Source: an uncultured delta proteobacterium (GTDB lineage: Bacteria; Desulfobacterota; Binatia; UBA9968). Taken from it: a DNA stretch of 64,000 nucleotides. The position numbers and the translations under genes are program-made. The notes under the pieces were generated by a model. It had not been told where the DNA came from. It did no database searches and saw only the letters and a list, made by a program, of their open reading frames with translations. Shown one piece after another: positions 11,575 to 23,168 of this stretch (the stretch's first letter is position 1; every line of letters begins with the position of its first letter). The stretch covers positions 1-64,000 of the forward strand of contig CAWDPO010000006.1 of assembly GCA_963804165.1 (NCBI GenBank). The letters run 5' to 3'.

Positions 11575-12582
11575 CTAAAATCGGCAATCGACAATCCAAA
11601 ATTCATTGATGACTTTGTCCGCCCGCGCCAGCACATTCGGCGGAATCGTCAGGCCGATCTGCTTGGCCGTTTTCAGGTTAATTACCAATTCGAACTTCTT
11701 CGGTCGTTCGACGGGCAAATCGGCGGGCTTAGCGCCTTTGAGAATTTTATCCACGTACTCGGCGGCGCGCCGGTACTGCTCCGAACGGTCGCCTGCGTAA
11801 GTCATCAGTCCGCCCGCCTCGACGGACCGCGTGTTCGGAACCATCGCCGGAAACCGGTGTTTTATCGCTAGCTCTATGATTTGTTTTTGATTAGCGGTGA
11901 AAAACCCGCTGCCATCCACCAGAAGCGCTTCAGCACGCTTGTTGGCTGCGGCTTGAAATACTCCTTCGATTTCGTCAGACGTTTTCACTTCTAAGGATTG
12001 AATCCCGACCCGCAAGTGGCGAGCCACGGTCTCAATCTCTCTCAGGTTGCCGGCCGCGACTGGGCTGGTCGGACTCCAGAGAAAGCCGACCCGCGAGAGC
12101 TTGGGAATAATTTCCTTGAGCAGTTCTAACCGTTTTCCGTGTGTCTCGCCGCCCATAGAAGTCAGCCCAGTGATATTTCCACCGGGGCGCGCAAGGCTCG
12201 CGACGAGCCCGCTCCTAACTGCATCGCTGGTACTTGCCATGACAAGGGGAATTTCTTTAGTCGCGTTTTTAGTAGCCCTGGCTGCTTCATTGCCGATGGC
12301 AACGATAACTTCACAATCGAGGCGGACTAGCTCGGCGGCAAGCTCTGGCAGTCGCTCGACCTTCCCGTCAAAGTACCTGTATTCGATTGCGATGTTCTGT
12401 CCCTCGATGTGGCCGAGCTCGCTCAAGCGTTCACGAAACGGCTTCATGCTAGTCGCTGAAGTAGAAGCGGTGTTTCCGAGATAACCGATTCGCGCGACTT
12501 TCTTTGGCTGCTGCGCCCACGCCGGACTTAAAACAGCTAGAATCAACGTGGCGAGTATGAGCGCGGAGATCTTTTTATTCAC
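11575..12582 (-). CDS. SBP unit 12 (normal stop apparently lost by a 1-nt deletion; reads into junction repeat)
   Basis: Ends ADKVINEFWIVDCRF instead of ADKVIK*. Confidence 0.85.
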   Translation of the reverse strand: MNKKISALILATLILAVLSPAWAQQPKKVARIGYLGNTASTSATSMKPFRERLSELGHIEGQNIAIEYRYFDGKVERLPELAAELVRLDCEVIVAIGNEAARATKNATKEIPLVMASTSDAVRSGLVASLARPGGNITGLTSMGGETHGKRLELLKEIIPKLSRVGFLWSPTSPVAAGNLREIETVARHLRVGIQSLEVKTSDEIEGVFQAAANKRAEALLVDGSGFFTANQKQIIELAIKHRFPAMVPNTRSVEAGGLMTYAGDRSEQYRRAAEYVDKILKGAKPADLPVERPKKFELVINLKTAKQIGLTIPPNVLARADKVINEFWIVDCRF

Positions 12583-12643
12583 GCTTCCTCCAAGACAAAC
12601 CCATCAGCAATCGCTCCAGCAGGGCGCATGACAGGTATAAAAA

Positions 12644-13590
12644 TCATTTGATTCCCAATTCCCTCTGCGCCTCTCGGAGAATCGAGAGATCGGCAACTTC
12701 ACTCAAGGCAACCTCACGATCAATTTTCATAAGCCGTTTGGTGTCATCGAGGAGTCTGCGGAAACCATCCTCCGGCATGCTGCCGTCATTATTAAAACCT
12801 TTGATAAAAGAATCGTACGCCGCGCTGGCGACCTCTTTGTCATTCTATACGTGCTCATCAGCACCGGGATGGTTCCATCGCGATTCGCGCGCATGTAGCG
12901 GTTGGCTTTGATACCCGCGCGAATAACGCGCTTGACCTCGTCCGGTTTCTCTTTGATTTTCCTGATGCTGGCCGTCAGACCGCTGAAGGGATAGGTAAAG
13001 AGATCTTCCGATCGGACGATGACTGGAAAGCCCATCTTCCTGCCAAGGTAATCGGTGGGAACCGTGGCCATCGTGGCATCGAGTAGTCCTTGCTGCATTC
13101 TGATGTAGCGGCCTTCGTCTGAACCTGCGACGGCCCACTTCACATCCTTGTCCGGGTCGAGACCGAAGTGCTTGACGATAAGCCGCCCGACCAGATCGGG
13201 ACCGCCACCGAATGCGCGAACCCCGATGGTCTTGCCTTTAAGATCTTTGACGGTTTTGAACTCTGGCCGGCTCTGCAGCATGAAATGTGGCGTCGGGCGG
13301 TAGCACGCAGCGATCCTAAGCGGCAAACCCTGAAGGATCGCGCGCAGGGCGGAGCCAAAACCGCTGAAGTAATCAGTGTCGCCGTTACTGAGAGCGACGT
13401 TTGCCACCGGGCCCGAGATTATAACCAGTTCCGCGTCGAAGCCTTCCTCTTTTAGAAATCCTCTTTTCTGCGCCAAATGCATGGTGAAGTGCGCCGCGTC
13501 TGCCGGCGTGCTGATTCTGATCTTGTCCGCCGCGTGGATCGACGTGTGGAGAAGACAAATAGCGAGCAACGCCACAAATATTTGCTTCAT
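12644..13590 (-). CDS. NMT1/SsuA-type substrate-binding protein, frameshift near the C-terminus
   Basis: Signal peptide, AQKRGFLKEEGFDAEL, KTVKDLKGKTIGV motifs; shifted tail ends ELGIK*. Confidence 0.8.
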
Positions 13591-13645
13591 GTATTTTTTT
13601 CTATCTCCATCCACTTGACACTCGACACTTGACACTCGCCCCTTC

Positions 13646-14639
13646 TCACTTGATCACCTTATCCGCTCGATACAGCACGATTGGCGGAATTGTCACACCG
13701 ATCTGCTTCGCTGTTTTCAGATTGAATACCAGCTCAAACTTCGTCGGCCGCTCTACCGGCAGATCGGCAGGCTTGGCTCCCTTGAGGATTTTGTCCACGT
13801 AAGTGGCTGCCCGCCGGTAGATGTCCGCGAGGTCCGCCCCGTAGTACATGAGCCCACCGACATCTACCGATTCTCTGGTGCTGTATACCGACGGTAACCG
13901 ACGCTTTAACGCAAAGCCCGCGATCCGTTTTCGGTTATCACGCGTTAGCGGGCCCGCTGGCACGTAGAGTCCATCCGGGCGCTCCTTGCTCGAACGCAGC
14001 GAATACCTTCTCGAAATTGTCCGCGCCTCGTACCTCCCAGGGATGAATGGTCAACCCCAGCGCACGCGCCGCGACTGGGAGAACCTCTTTCAGCTCGAAT
14101 ACACTGGCCCGACTGGTCGGATCGTGGAGAACCGCGACACGGACAACTTTAGTAACGGCTTCTTTGAGCAGCTCGAGTCGCTTACCGCCTAATTCAGCGC
14201 TAAGATTTGTAATGCCGGTAACGTTGCCGCCGGGACGGGCAAGGCTATCAACAAAGCCCGCCTCGACAGGATCGTCGGAGAGTTCCCCATCACAATAGGA
14301 ATCGTCTTGGTCGCATTCTTAGCCGCCTGGATCGGCCCGCTTCCTCCCAGCTGCCACGATGAGATCAACCTTGAGATGCACTAGCTCGGCCGCAAGCTCA
14401 GGGAGCCGATCAAGCTTCCCCTCCGCATATCGGTACTCGATGGCAATGTTCTGTCCTTCAATGTAGCCAAGCTCGCGCGGAGCGCGCCGAATTGTCTCGG
14501 AACGAGCGGAGGCAAGAGATGGCTCGCTCGACGTTAAATACCCTATCCGAGGGACTTTCTTCGGTTGCTGCGCCTGAGCGGGAAAGCAAAGCGCAAAGAG
14601 CAAAGTGCCAAGCGCAAGACCAAAGAATTTTCTTCTCAT
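13646..14639 (-). pseudogene. SBP unit 13, frameshifted
   Basis: Fragments 14319-14639 and 13646-13963. Confidence 0.8.
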
Positions 14640-14694
14640 GAATCCACTCCTGTGTTCTTGCCGCTGCTCCTTGCTATTTGCTCCATGCTACCTG

Positions 14695-15673
14695 CTATTT
14701 GATCACCTTATCCGCCCGCGCCAGCACGTTGGGCGGAATCGTCACGCCGATCTGCTTGGCCGTTTTCAGATTGATGACAAGCTCAAACTTCTTGGGACGC
14801 TCTACGGGCAGGTCCCAGGTTTTGTGCCCTTTAGAATTTGATCGACGTACTCAGCTGCGCGGCGGAATTGATAAGGGCGATCATCGAGTAAGTCATCAGT
14901 CCACCAGCCTCGACGTATCGAGTGTTGTTATACATCGCTGGAAGTCGACTCTTCGCCCCTAGCTCTAAGATTCGTTTTTGGTGAAAGGCGAAGAGGCCGC
15001 CTCCCGACACCAAAAGCGCCTCAGCGCGCTTCTTGGTTGCAAGTCGAAATGCTGCATCGAAGTCGTCAGGCCCTTTCACCTCGATGGCTTGAAGCTCTAA
15101 ACTTATTGACCGCGCAATGGTTTCAATCTCTTTAACTTGGACATCCACGCCTGGATTCGTCGGACTCCAGATGAAAGCGACCCGCGAAAGTTTGGGAACG
15201 ATCTCTTTGAGTAGCTCGAGCCGTTTTCCGTCCAGTTCAGTGCCAATTGAAGTCAACCCCGTGATGTTTCCGCCGGGACGCGCGAGATCCGAGACGATCC
15301 CACGCCGGAGAGCATCCCCGCCAAACGCCATAACAACCGGGACCGTCTTGATCGCGTTCTTGGCAGCCTGCGCCGCTTCAGTCCCGGATGTAACGATAAC
15401 GTCACAGTTGAGACGGACTAACTCGGCGGCAAGCTCTGGCAGAAGCTCAACCTTTCCCTCCCAAGACCGGTGCTCGATTGTGATGTTCTGCCCCTCGGTG
15501 TAGCCGAGTTCGCGTAAACGTTCACGAAATGGTTTCATGCTATTCGCTTCGACCGAAGCGCTGTTCCCTAGATAACCTACGCGCGCGCCTTTCTTTTGCT
15601 GCTGCGCATCGGCATATGAGCCAGTAGTCAGTAGAGCACTGGTCATTAGGCAGATCCCGATTTTTCGCTTCAT
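14695..15673 (-). pseudogene. SBP unit 14, frameshift in the C-terminal part
   Basis: ORF 14831-15673 plus out-of-frame conserved tail. Confidence 0.8.
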
Positions 15674-15702
15674 GTTTTTCCTTTTGGCTTTTACTTTTGC
15701 CT

Positions 15703-16680
15703 TTACCTAATCACCCGATCCGCTCGCGCCAGCACATTCGGCGGAATCGTCAGACCGATCTGCTTGGCGGCTTTCAGGTTGATCACCAGATCGAATTTAG
15801 TCGGCTGTTCGACGGGCAGATCCGCAGGCTTTGCGCCTTTGAGAATCTTGTCGACATAAGTTGCGGCGCGCCGGTCCAAATCGCGAATGCTCGTGCCGTA
15901 ACTCAGAAGTCCGCCATCGTCGACACGTGACGAATCGAAATAGATCGCCGGGAGCCGGTTTTTTATCGCGAGACTCGGAATCGGTCGCGAGATATGGGAC
16001 GGAGTATTCAGTACGATGACAGCCTCAGCGCGCCCTTTACTCGCCGTCTGAAACGCAACTTCAATATCCTTAGGATGACCTATTTCTAAGTATTGGACTT
16101 TTACGCCGAACTGATTTGCGGCGAGCTGCGTGTCTTTTAGCGATTGGGAGTTACCCGGATTGCTTGACGTGGCGAGGACGGCCACGCGCGAGAGCCGGGG
16201 AACGATCTCTTTGAGAAGCTCCAGACGCTTGCCGTTTAACTCCGCTGAGTAGGAGGACAGTCCAGTGATGTTCCCGCCGGGCCGCGCAAGGCTGGCAACA
16301 AAGCCATTGCCCACGGGATCAGCATCCTGCGCCATCACAATGGGAATCGTCGAAGTTGTTTGCTTAACGGGACCGGTCACGCTAGGTCCAGCCGTGACGA
16401 TGACACTAACCTTGAGATCCACGAGTTCTGCGGCGAGCCGCGGCAGACGATCGGCCTTTCCATCGGCAAATCGGTACTCAACCAGGATGTTCTTTCCCTC
16501 TATGTAGCCAAGCTCGCGAAGGCCCCGCCGGAAGACTTCGAACCGACGCGCCTGCATGGCAGCAGAGCTGGCTGTTACGTACGCTATCCGCGGGATGTTC
16601 GCAGGCTGCTGCGCCTCGACAGAAAAAACAGTAAACAGAAAGACAGTTAGCAGTAGGCAGGAAAGAATTTGTTTGATCAT
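15703..16680 (-). CDS. SBP unit 15
   Basis: Intact 325 aa ORF. Confidence 0.9.
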   Translation of the reverse strand: MIKQILSCLLLTVFLFTVFSVEAQQPANIPRIAYVTASSAAMQARRFEVFRRGLRELGYIEGKNILVEYRFADGKADRLPRLAAELVDLKVSVIVTAGPSVTGPVKQTTSTIPIVMAQDADPVGNGFVASLARPGGNITGLSSYSAELNGKRLELLKEIVPRLSRVAVLATSSNPGNSQSLKDTQLAANQFGVKVQYLEIGHPKDIEVAFQTASKGRAEAVIVLNTPSHISRPIPSLAIKNRLPAIYFDSSRVDDGGLLSYGTSIRDLDRRAATYVDKILKGAKPADLPVEQPTKFDLVINLKAAKQIGLTIPPNVLARADRVIR

Positions 16681-16727
16681 GCGTCTTGCTCCCGGTTTTC
16701 TTGCTGCTCACTGCTTACTGCTCACTG

Positions 16728-17837
16728 TCATTTAATAACTCTGTCCGCTCGCGCCAGCACATTCGGCGGAATCGTCAGGCCGATCTGCTTCGCCGTCTTC
16801 AGATTGATCACAAGCTCAAATTTCGTCGGCTGCTCCACCGGAAGGTCCCCCGGCTTTGCACCCTTCAGGATTTTGTCGACGTAATATGCGACGCGCCGGT
16901 AGATGTCTGCTAGGTCCGCGCCGTAGGACATGAGCCCGCCGGCATTTACGAATTCTCTGGTGAAGTACATCGACGGAAGCCGACTTTTTATCGCAAGGCC
17001 TGCGATTCGTTTTTGGTTAATATGCATTCGCGAGCCCCCGCCAAGCACGTAGAGACCATCCGGACGCTGCTTACTCAGCGCGGCGAATACCCGCTCGAAA
17101 TCGTCCGCGGCTCGTACCTCCCAAGACCTAACAGTCAACTTCAACGCGCGCGCCGCGACCGGGAGAGCTTCTTTCACCTCGCGTGCATTACCCAGAATGG
17201 CCGGATCGTAGAGAACCGCGACACGGGCAAGTTTGGCAACCGTCTCTTTGAACAGCTCCAGCCGCTTCCCTATTAGTTCTCTGCCAAGGTTTGTAAGCCC
17301 AGTGACGTTGCCGCCGGGACGGGCAAGGCTTTCGACTAGGCCTGCCTCGACAGGATCGTCCCCGCCGCCCGTCATAACGATGGGAATCGTCTTGGTCGCA
17401 TTCTTGGCCGCCCGGATCGGTAGGATCCCGCCTGCTACCACGATGAGATCAACCTTGAGACGCACCAGCTCGGCCGCAAGCTCAGGGAGCCGATCGGGCT
17501 TCCCCTCCGTATATCGATACTCGATGGCGATGTTCTGTCCTTCTATGTAGCCACGCTCGCGCAGAGCCAGCCGAATTCCCTCGGAACGCGTGGAGTCACT
17601 CGCCGCGTCGGCCGCCGCTAGATACCCTATCCGAAGGACTTTCTTCGGCTGTTGCGCCGATACCACAGCCCCACACATCGCGAATGTGATAACGAGAGCA
17701 ACAATCCCCACCATTTTGATTTTCGATTGCCGATTTTGGATTGTAGATTGAGAACAGCACAATCGAATCGGAATAGTTTCATTCATGTATTTTTCCCTAA
17801 TCCAAAATCTAAAATCGAAAATCCAAAATCTGTTCAT
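16728..17837 (-). CDS. SBP unit 16 (true start probably near 17787)
   Basis: Intact ORF. Confidence 0.9.
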   Translation of the reverse strand: MNRFWIFDFRFWIREKYMNETIPIRLCCSQSTIQNRQSKIKMVGIVALVITFAMCGAVVSAQQPKKVLRIGYLAAADAASDSTRSEGIRLALRERGYIEGQNIAIEYRYTEGKPDRLPELAAELVRLKVDLIVVAGGILPIRAAKNATKTIPIVMTGGGDDPVEAGLVESLARPGGNVTGLTNLGRELIGKRLELFKETVAKLARVAVLYDPAILGNAREVKEALPVAARALKLTVRSWEVRAADDFERVFAALSKQRPDGLYVLGGGSRMHINQKRIAGLAIKSRLPSMYFTREFVNAGGLMSYGADLADIYRRVAYYVDKILKGAKPGDLPVEQPTKFELVINLKTAKQIGLTIPPNVLARADRVIK

Positions 17838-18820
17838 TTGATGACTCTGTCCGCTCGCGTCAGCATTCTCTGCGGGATCGTCAGACCGATCTGTTTAGCT
17901 GTCTTGAGATTGATCACTAGCTCGAACTTCGTCGGCTGCTCGACCGGCAGATCCGCTGGCTTGGCGCCTTTTAGAATTTTGTCGACGTAAGTGGCTGCAC
18001 GCCGCTCCAAGTCGGTAAAGCTCACGCCGTAGCTCATTAGCACGCCGGCTTCAACAAATTCTGCCTGTGGTAGATCGCTGGGAGCCGGTTTTTTACCGCG
18101 AGTTCGTCAATCTGCTCTTCGGTGAGAATCGAGCGACGCGACTCGCTCAGCACGAGGACTGCGTCAGCACGCCCCTTGCTCGCGGCTCGGAATGCGGTCT
18201 CAATATCCTTGGGACCTCGTATATCGAGGAACTGAAGCTTCACCCCGAACGCCCCTGCGGCGCGTTCCATCTCTTTTAACGTTTGCGCGTTGCCCGGGTA
18301 GGTTGAAGTCCCGAGGACAGCCACGCGCGAGAGCTTAGGAACTGATCTCCTTCAGAAGCTCCAGTCGTTTGCCGCTTAACTCCGGGGCAAGGGTTGACAA
18401 TCCAGTGATGTTCCCGCCAGGCCGCGCAAGACTGGCGACGAACCCATTTCCAACAGGATCGGTATCCTGCGCCATGACAATGGGAATCGTAGAGGTGGCC
18501 TCCTTGGCGGCACGGGTTGCTGGCGCACCAGCCGTGACGATGACGTCTACCTTGAGCCGCACTAGCTCGGCCGCAAGCGCTGGGAGACGATCGAGGTTTT
18601 CCTCAGCGGATCGCCATTCAATGACAACGTTCTTTCCCTCGACGTATCTAAGCTCGCGCAGACCTTGCCGGAATGCCTCGATGCGGGCAGCGCTAGCGGA
18701 AGGGGAGCTTCCAACTAGGAATCCTATCCGGGCGACTTTGATTGTCTGCTGCGCGGCGGCAGGAACGCAAAGTGTAAAGAGCATGGCGCAAAGCGTAAGA
18801 CGCATGACGTTTTTACTCAT
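17834..18820 (-). pseudogene. SBP unit 17, frameshifted
   Basis: Fragments 18335-18820, 18037-18324, 17834-18043. Confidence 0.8.
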
Positions 18821-18920
18821 GGTCGTTCGCCCTGGGAATTGAAGCAGTGCAGTACTGGAGAAATGGTGTTAATCGATTCGTCCCAACATCCATGACTCCA
18901 ATACTCCATCATCCAGTTTT

Positions 18921-19970
18921 TCACTTGATCACCTTGTCCGCCCTCACCAGCACATTCGGCGGAATCGTTAACCCGATCTGCTTCGCGGCTTTCAGATTGA
19001 TGATGAACTCGAACTTCTTTGGCTGCTCCACTGGGAGATCGGCAGGCTTGGCGCCTTTCAGAATCTTGTCCACATACGTGGCGGCGCGGCGGTATAAGTC
19101 GGTAACGCTCACGCCGTAAGACATAAGCCCCCCGTCTTCCACATATTCCGGCGCATGATATATCGCCGGGAGCCGGCTCTTTACCGCGAGGGCCGCAATC
19201 TGTTTTCGCTGAAGATTGAAGACGCCGCCCTGCAGCACAAGGACTGCGTCAGCACTCCCTTTGCGCGCCTCTCGGAATGCAGTCTCAATATCCTTGGGAC
19301 CTGGCACGTCTAGGTATTGAAGGTGTAACTTGAACACCCCTGCGGCGAGCTCCATCTCTTTTAACACTTGTGCGGTGCCCGTGGTGGTCGAAGTCCCGAG
19401 TACAGCCACACGGCCCAGGCTGGGAACGATCTCCTTCAGAAGCTCCAGTCGTTTTCCGCCTATCTCTGGGGCAAGGTTGGATAAGCCAGTAATGTTCCCG
19501 CCGGGTCGCGCAAGACTGGCGATGACCCCGCTCCCAACCGGATCAGCATCGTTCGCCATGACAATGGGAATCGTGTTCGTCGCTTCCTTAGCGGGACGGA
19601 TTGCTGCCGGACCGGCCAAGACCATGACGTCTACCTTCAGACGCACAAGTTCGGCGGCGAGCGCTGGCAGGCGATCTAGTTTTGCCTCTGCATATCGATA
19701 CTCAATGAGAATGTTTTTCCCCTCCACGTAGCCAAGCTCACGCAGACCCTGCCGGAATGCGTCGAGGCGGCCCGAGATAGCGGACGGAGAAGTAGCACCT
19801 AGGAATCCTATCCGGGCGACTTTGGTTGGCTGCTGCGCCCGTACTTCAACCTCGCACATCGCGAATGTGATGACGAGAGCAATAATCCCCACCAATTTTG
19901 GATTTTGGATTGCCGATTTTGGATTGTAGGATTGAGAACAGCACAATCGAATCCGGAATAGTTTCTTCAT
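18921..19970 (-). CDS. SBP unit 18
   Basis: Intact 349 aa ORF. Confidence 0.9.
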   Translation of the reverse strand: MKKLFRIRLCCSQSYNPKSAIQNPKLVGIIALVITFAMCEVEVRAQQPTKVARIGFLGATSPSAISGRLDAFRQGLRELGYVEGKNILIEYRYAEAKLDRLPALAAELVRLKVDVMVLAGPAAIRPAKEATNTIPIVMANDADPVGSGVIASLARPGGNITGLSNLAPEIGGKRLELLKEIVPSLGRVAVLGTSTTTGTAQVLKEMELAAGVFKLHLQYLDVPGPKDIETAFREARKGSADAVLVLQGGVFNLQRKQIAALAVKSRLPAIYHAPEYVEDGGLMSYGVSVTDLYRRAATYVDKILKGAKPADLPVEQPKKFEFIINLKAAKQIGLTIPPNVLVRADKVIK

Positions 19971-20014
19971 GTATTTTTCCCTAATCCAAAATCTGAAATC
20001 GAAAATCCCGAATG

Positions 20015-21010
20015 CTATTTGATGACTCTGTCCGCTCGCGCCAACACGTTCGGCGGAATCGTGAGACCGATCTGCTTGGCGGCTTTCAGATTAATGATGA
20101 ATTCGAATTTTTTCGGCTGTTCGACGGGAAGATCAGCAGGCTTCGCGCCTTTGAGAATCTTGTCGACATAAGTGGCGGCGCGCCGGGTCAGGTCGTTCCG
20201 GTTCACGCCATAGGTCATTAGCCCTCCGGCTTCGACCAGATCCCCCGTGTAATATATCGCTGGCAGCCGGTTCTTAACCGCAAGCTCGACAAGCTGCTTT
20301 CGCTGAGGATTGAGCAGAGGAATACCCAGCACAACGATTGCCTCAGCACCACCCTTGCTCGCGGTTCGAAACGCGGCCTCGATAGCGTTGGGATCTAGTA
20401 AGTCTAGGTATTGAAACTTCAGTCCGAACGTCTTTGCAGCGTCTTCGATCTCTCTTAACGCCAGTGTGTTGCCCGGATTATTGGAACTGCCGAGAATGGC
20501 CACACGGGATAACTTAGGAATGATCTCCTTCAGAAGCTCGAGTTGTTTGCTGCTCAGCTCCGGTGCAAGCGTGGACAAGCCAGTAATGTTTCCACCAGGC
20601 CGCGCAAGGCTGGCGATGAACCCATTGCCTACAGGATCATTATCAAACGTCATGACAATTGGGATCGTGCTAGTCGCTTCCTTAGCAGCCCTCGTATCGG
20701 ACGGGCCAGCCGTGACAATGACGTCGACCTTGAGACGAATGAGCTCAGCCGCGAGGGCGGCAAGGCGATCGAGTCTTCCCTCCGCAGAGCGCCACTCAAT
20801 GACAATGTTCTTCCCCTCCTCGTAGCCAAGCTCGCGCAGCCCTTGAAGAAACATTTCGTAGCGGGCCGCATTAACAGACCGAGAGGAAGCGATCAGGAAT
20901 CCTATCCGTGGGACTTTGAGCGGCTGCTGGGCTTGAGTGGTGGAGGCGGTTGTCAGCAAGATAATAGTTGTCAGGAACAAGACAAAAATTTTTCCAACCA
21001 TCGCATTCAT
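20015..21010 (-). CDS. SBP unit 19
   Basis: Intact 331 aa ORF. Confidence 0.9.
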   Translation of the reverse strand: MNAMVGKIFVLFLTTIILLTTASTTQAQQPLKVPRIGFLIASSRSVNAARYEMFLQGLRELGYEEGKNIVIEWRSAEGRLDRLAALAAELIRLKVDVIVTAGPSDTRAAKEATSTIPIVMTFDNDPVGNGFIASLARPGGNITGLSTLAPELSSKQLELLKEIIPKLSRVAILGSSNNPGNTLALREIEDAAKTFGLKFQYLDLLDPNAIEAAFRTASKGGAEAIVVLGIPLLNPQRKQLVELAVKNRLPAIYYTGDLVEAGGLMTYGVNRNDLTRRAATYVDKILKGAKPADLPVEQPKKFEFIINLKAAKQIGLTIPPNVLARADRVIK

Positions 21011-21070
21011 CGTTGTTTTCCTCTGACGCGGAGCCTATCCTGAGCATGTCGAAGAGCCTCACCACTTACC

Positions 21071-22070
21071 TTACCGAATCACTTTGTCCGCCCGCCCCAG
21101 CACCTTCTGCGAAATCGTGAGACCGATCTGCTTCGCCGTCTTTAAATTGATCACCAGCTCAAACTTCGTCGGTTGTTCCAGGGGAAGATCGGCGGGCTTG
21201 GCGCCCTTGAGGATTTTGTCCACGTAATATGCGACGCGCCGGTAGCTGTCCGCGATGTCTGCCCCGTACGACATGAGCGCACCGGAATCTACAGCTTCTT
21301 TGGTCTGAAACATCGACGGCAATCGACTTTTTAAGGCTAAGCCCGCGATCCGTTTTTGGTTGGCACTCAATAGCCCACCGCCGAGCACTTGCAGTCCATC
21401 CGGGCGCTCCTTGTTTTGCGCAGCGAATACCTTCTCGAAATCGTCCGCGGTTCGTACCTCCCAAGGCTCAAGAGTCAACCGCAACGCGCGCGCTGATGCC
21501 GGGAGAACGCCTTTCAGAGCGATCCCACTGGACGGATTGACCGGATCGTAGAGAACCGCGACACGGGCAATTTTGGGAACTGCTTCCTTGAGCAGCTCCA
21601 GCCGTTTACCGACTAACTCCCCGGCAAACGAGGTCGTTGGCCCTGTGATATTGCCGCCGGGACGGGCAAGGCTTTCAACTAGGCCTGCCTCGACAGGATC
21701 GAGCCCCTGGCCCGTTATAACGATGGGAATCGTCTTGGTCGCATTCTTGGCCGCTCGGATCGGTAGGACCCCTCCTGCTACCAGGATGAGATCAACCTTG
21801 AGACGCACCAGCTCGGCGGCAAGCACCGCGTACCTATCACTCTTCCCTTCCCCATATCGGTACTCGATGGCGATGTTCTGTCCTACTATGTAGCCAAGCT
21901 CGCGCAGAGCCAGCCGAATTGCCTCGGCACGGGCGGTCTCAGTAGCTGCATCGATCCCCGATAGATACCCTATCCGGGGAACTTTCTTTGGCTGCTGTGC
22001 CGCGGCGGAAACGCAGAGACGCAAGAAGAGCAAAGCGCATAAGTGCAGGACAAAAGATTTTGCTATTCAT
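21071..22070 (-). CDS. SBP unit 20 (possible frameshift in signal peptide)
   Basis: ORF 21071-22033; the RBS-preceded ATG at 22070 is out of frame. Confidence 0.8.
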
Positions 22071-22120
22071 GAATTTTTTTTCTCCTTGCTGACCACTGAC
22101 TTCTGACCGCTGATCACTGT

Positions 22121-23109
22121 TTACTTGATCACCTTATCCGCCCGATAAAGCACCGACTGCGAATTGTCAGGTCGATCCGTTTGGCGGCTCTAAGATTGAT
22201 TATGAAATCAAACTTGATGGGCTGTTCGACGGGAAGGTCGGCTGGCTTGGCGCCCTTCAATATTTTATCGACGTATGTGGCCGAGCGGCGGGTTAAGTCA
22301 ATAAATGCTCCGGAGTACTTGAGAGCCCACCGTCGTCGACAAATTCCGCCTGAGTGTAAATCGCCGGGAGTTTTAGTCTTCGCTGCAAACTCGATGATCC
22401 GTTTTCTGTTTCTGACCATCAGAGGACCGCCACCTGTGTACGAGTCCATCGGCTCGCCATTTCGTTATACCTTGGAAGCGACCGTCGAAGTCTTCGAGCT
22501 TTGCCAGGTCGAACCATTGGGTTTGTAACTTTAACGCTCGAGGCAGTCGGATCTATCTCTTTTCCAGACACTTCCGCAGCTCGGTTCGTTAGATCGTTCA
22601 GGACCGCTACGCGCGAGAGTTTCGGAACAATCTCTTTGAGTAATTCAAGCCTCTTGTCCCCAAGATCAAACCCGACGGAGCTAAGACCGGTGATATTGCC
22701 TCCGGGCCGAGCGAGGCTGGCGATATCGCCCTGTCCCACGGGATCGCTGTCGTTCATCATGACAATCGGAATGGTCTTGGTCGCGTCTTTTGCAGGCCCA
22801 GTGGCGCTGTTGCCGGTGGTGACGATAACATCGACCTTTAGACGCAACTAGTTCGGCCGCAAATTCGCGGAGCCGATCGGATTTGCCGTCCGCATAGCGG
22901 TATTCGATTTTCATGTTTTGACCATCCACGTACCCAAGCTTGAGTAACGCCTCGCGAAAAGCCTCGACGCGATCTCTTCTGAACCGATGCAGGATCGAGA
23001 GAGAAAACCAATTCGCGACACCTTACTGAGCTTGCTGAGCCTGAGCAGGGAAAGCAAAGCAGCAACGAGCAGAGCGCTGAGTGCCAGAGCCAATGATTTT
23101 TTTTCTCAT
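22121..23109 (-). pseudogene. SBP unit 21, multiple frameshifts
   Basis: Fragments 22911-23093, 22681-22929, 22419-22847, 22129-22449. Confidence 0.8.
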
Positions 23110-23168
23110 GAATTTTCTCCTGGTGATCTCACGCTCTCTGCTCCTTGCCCTTTGCTCCATGCTCCCTG

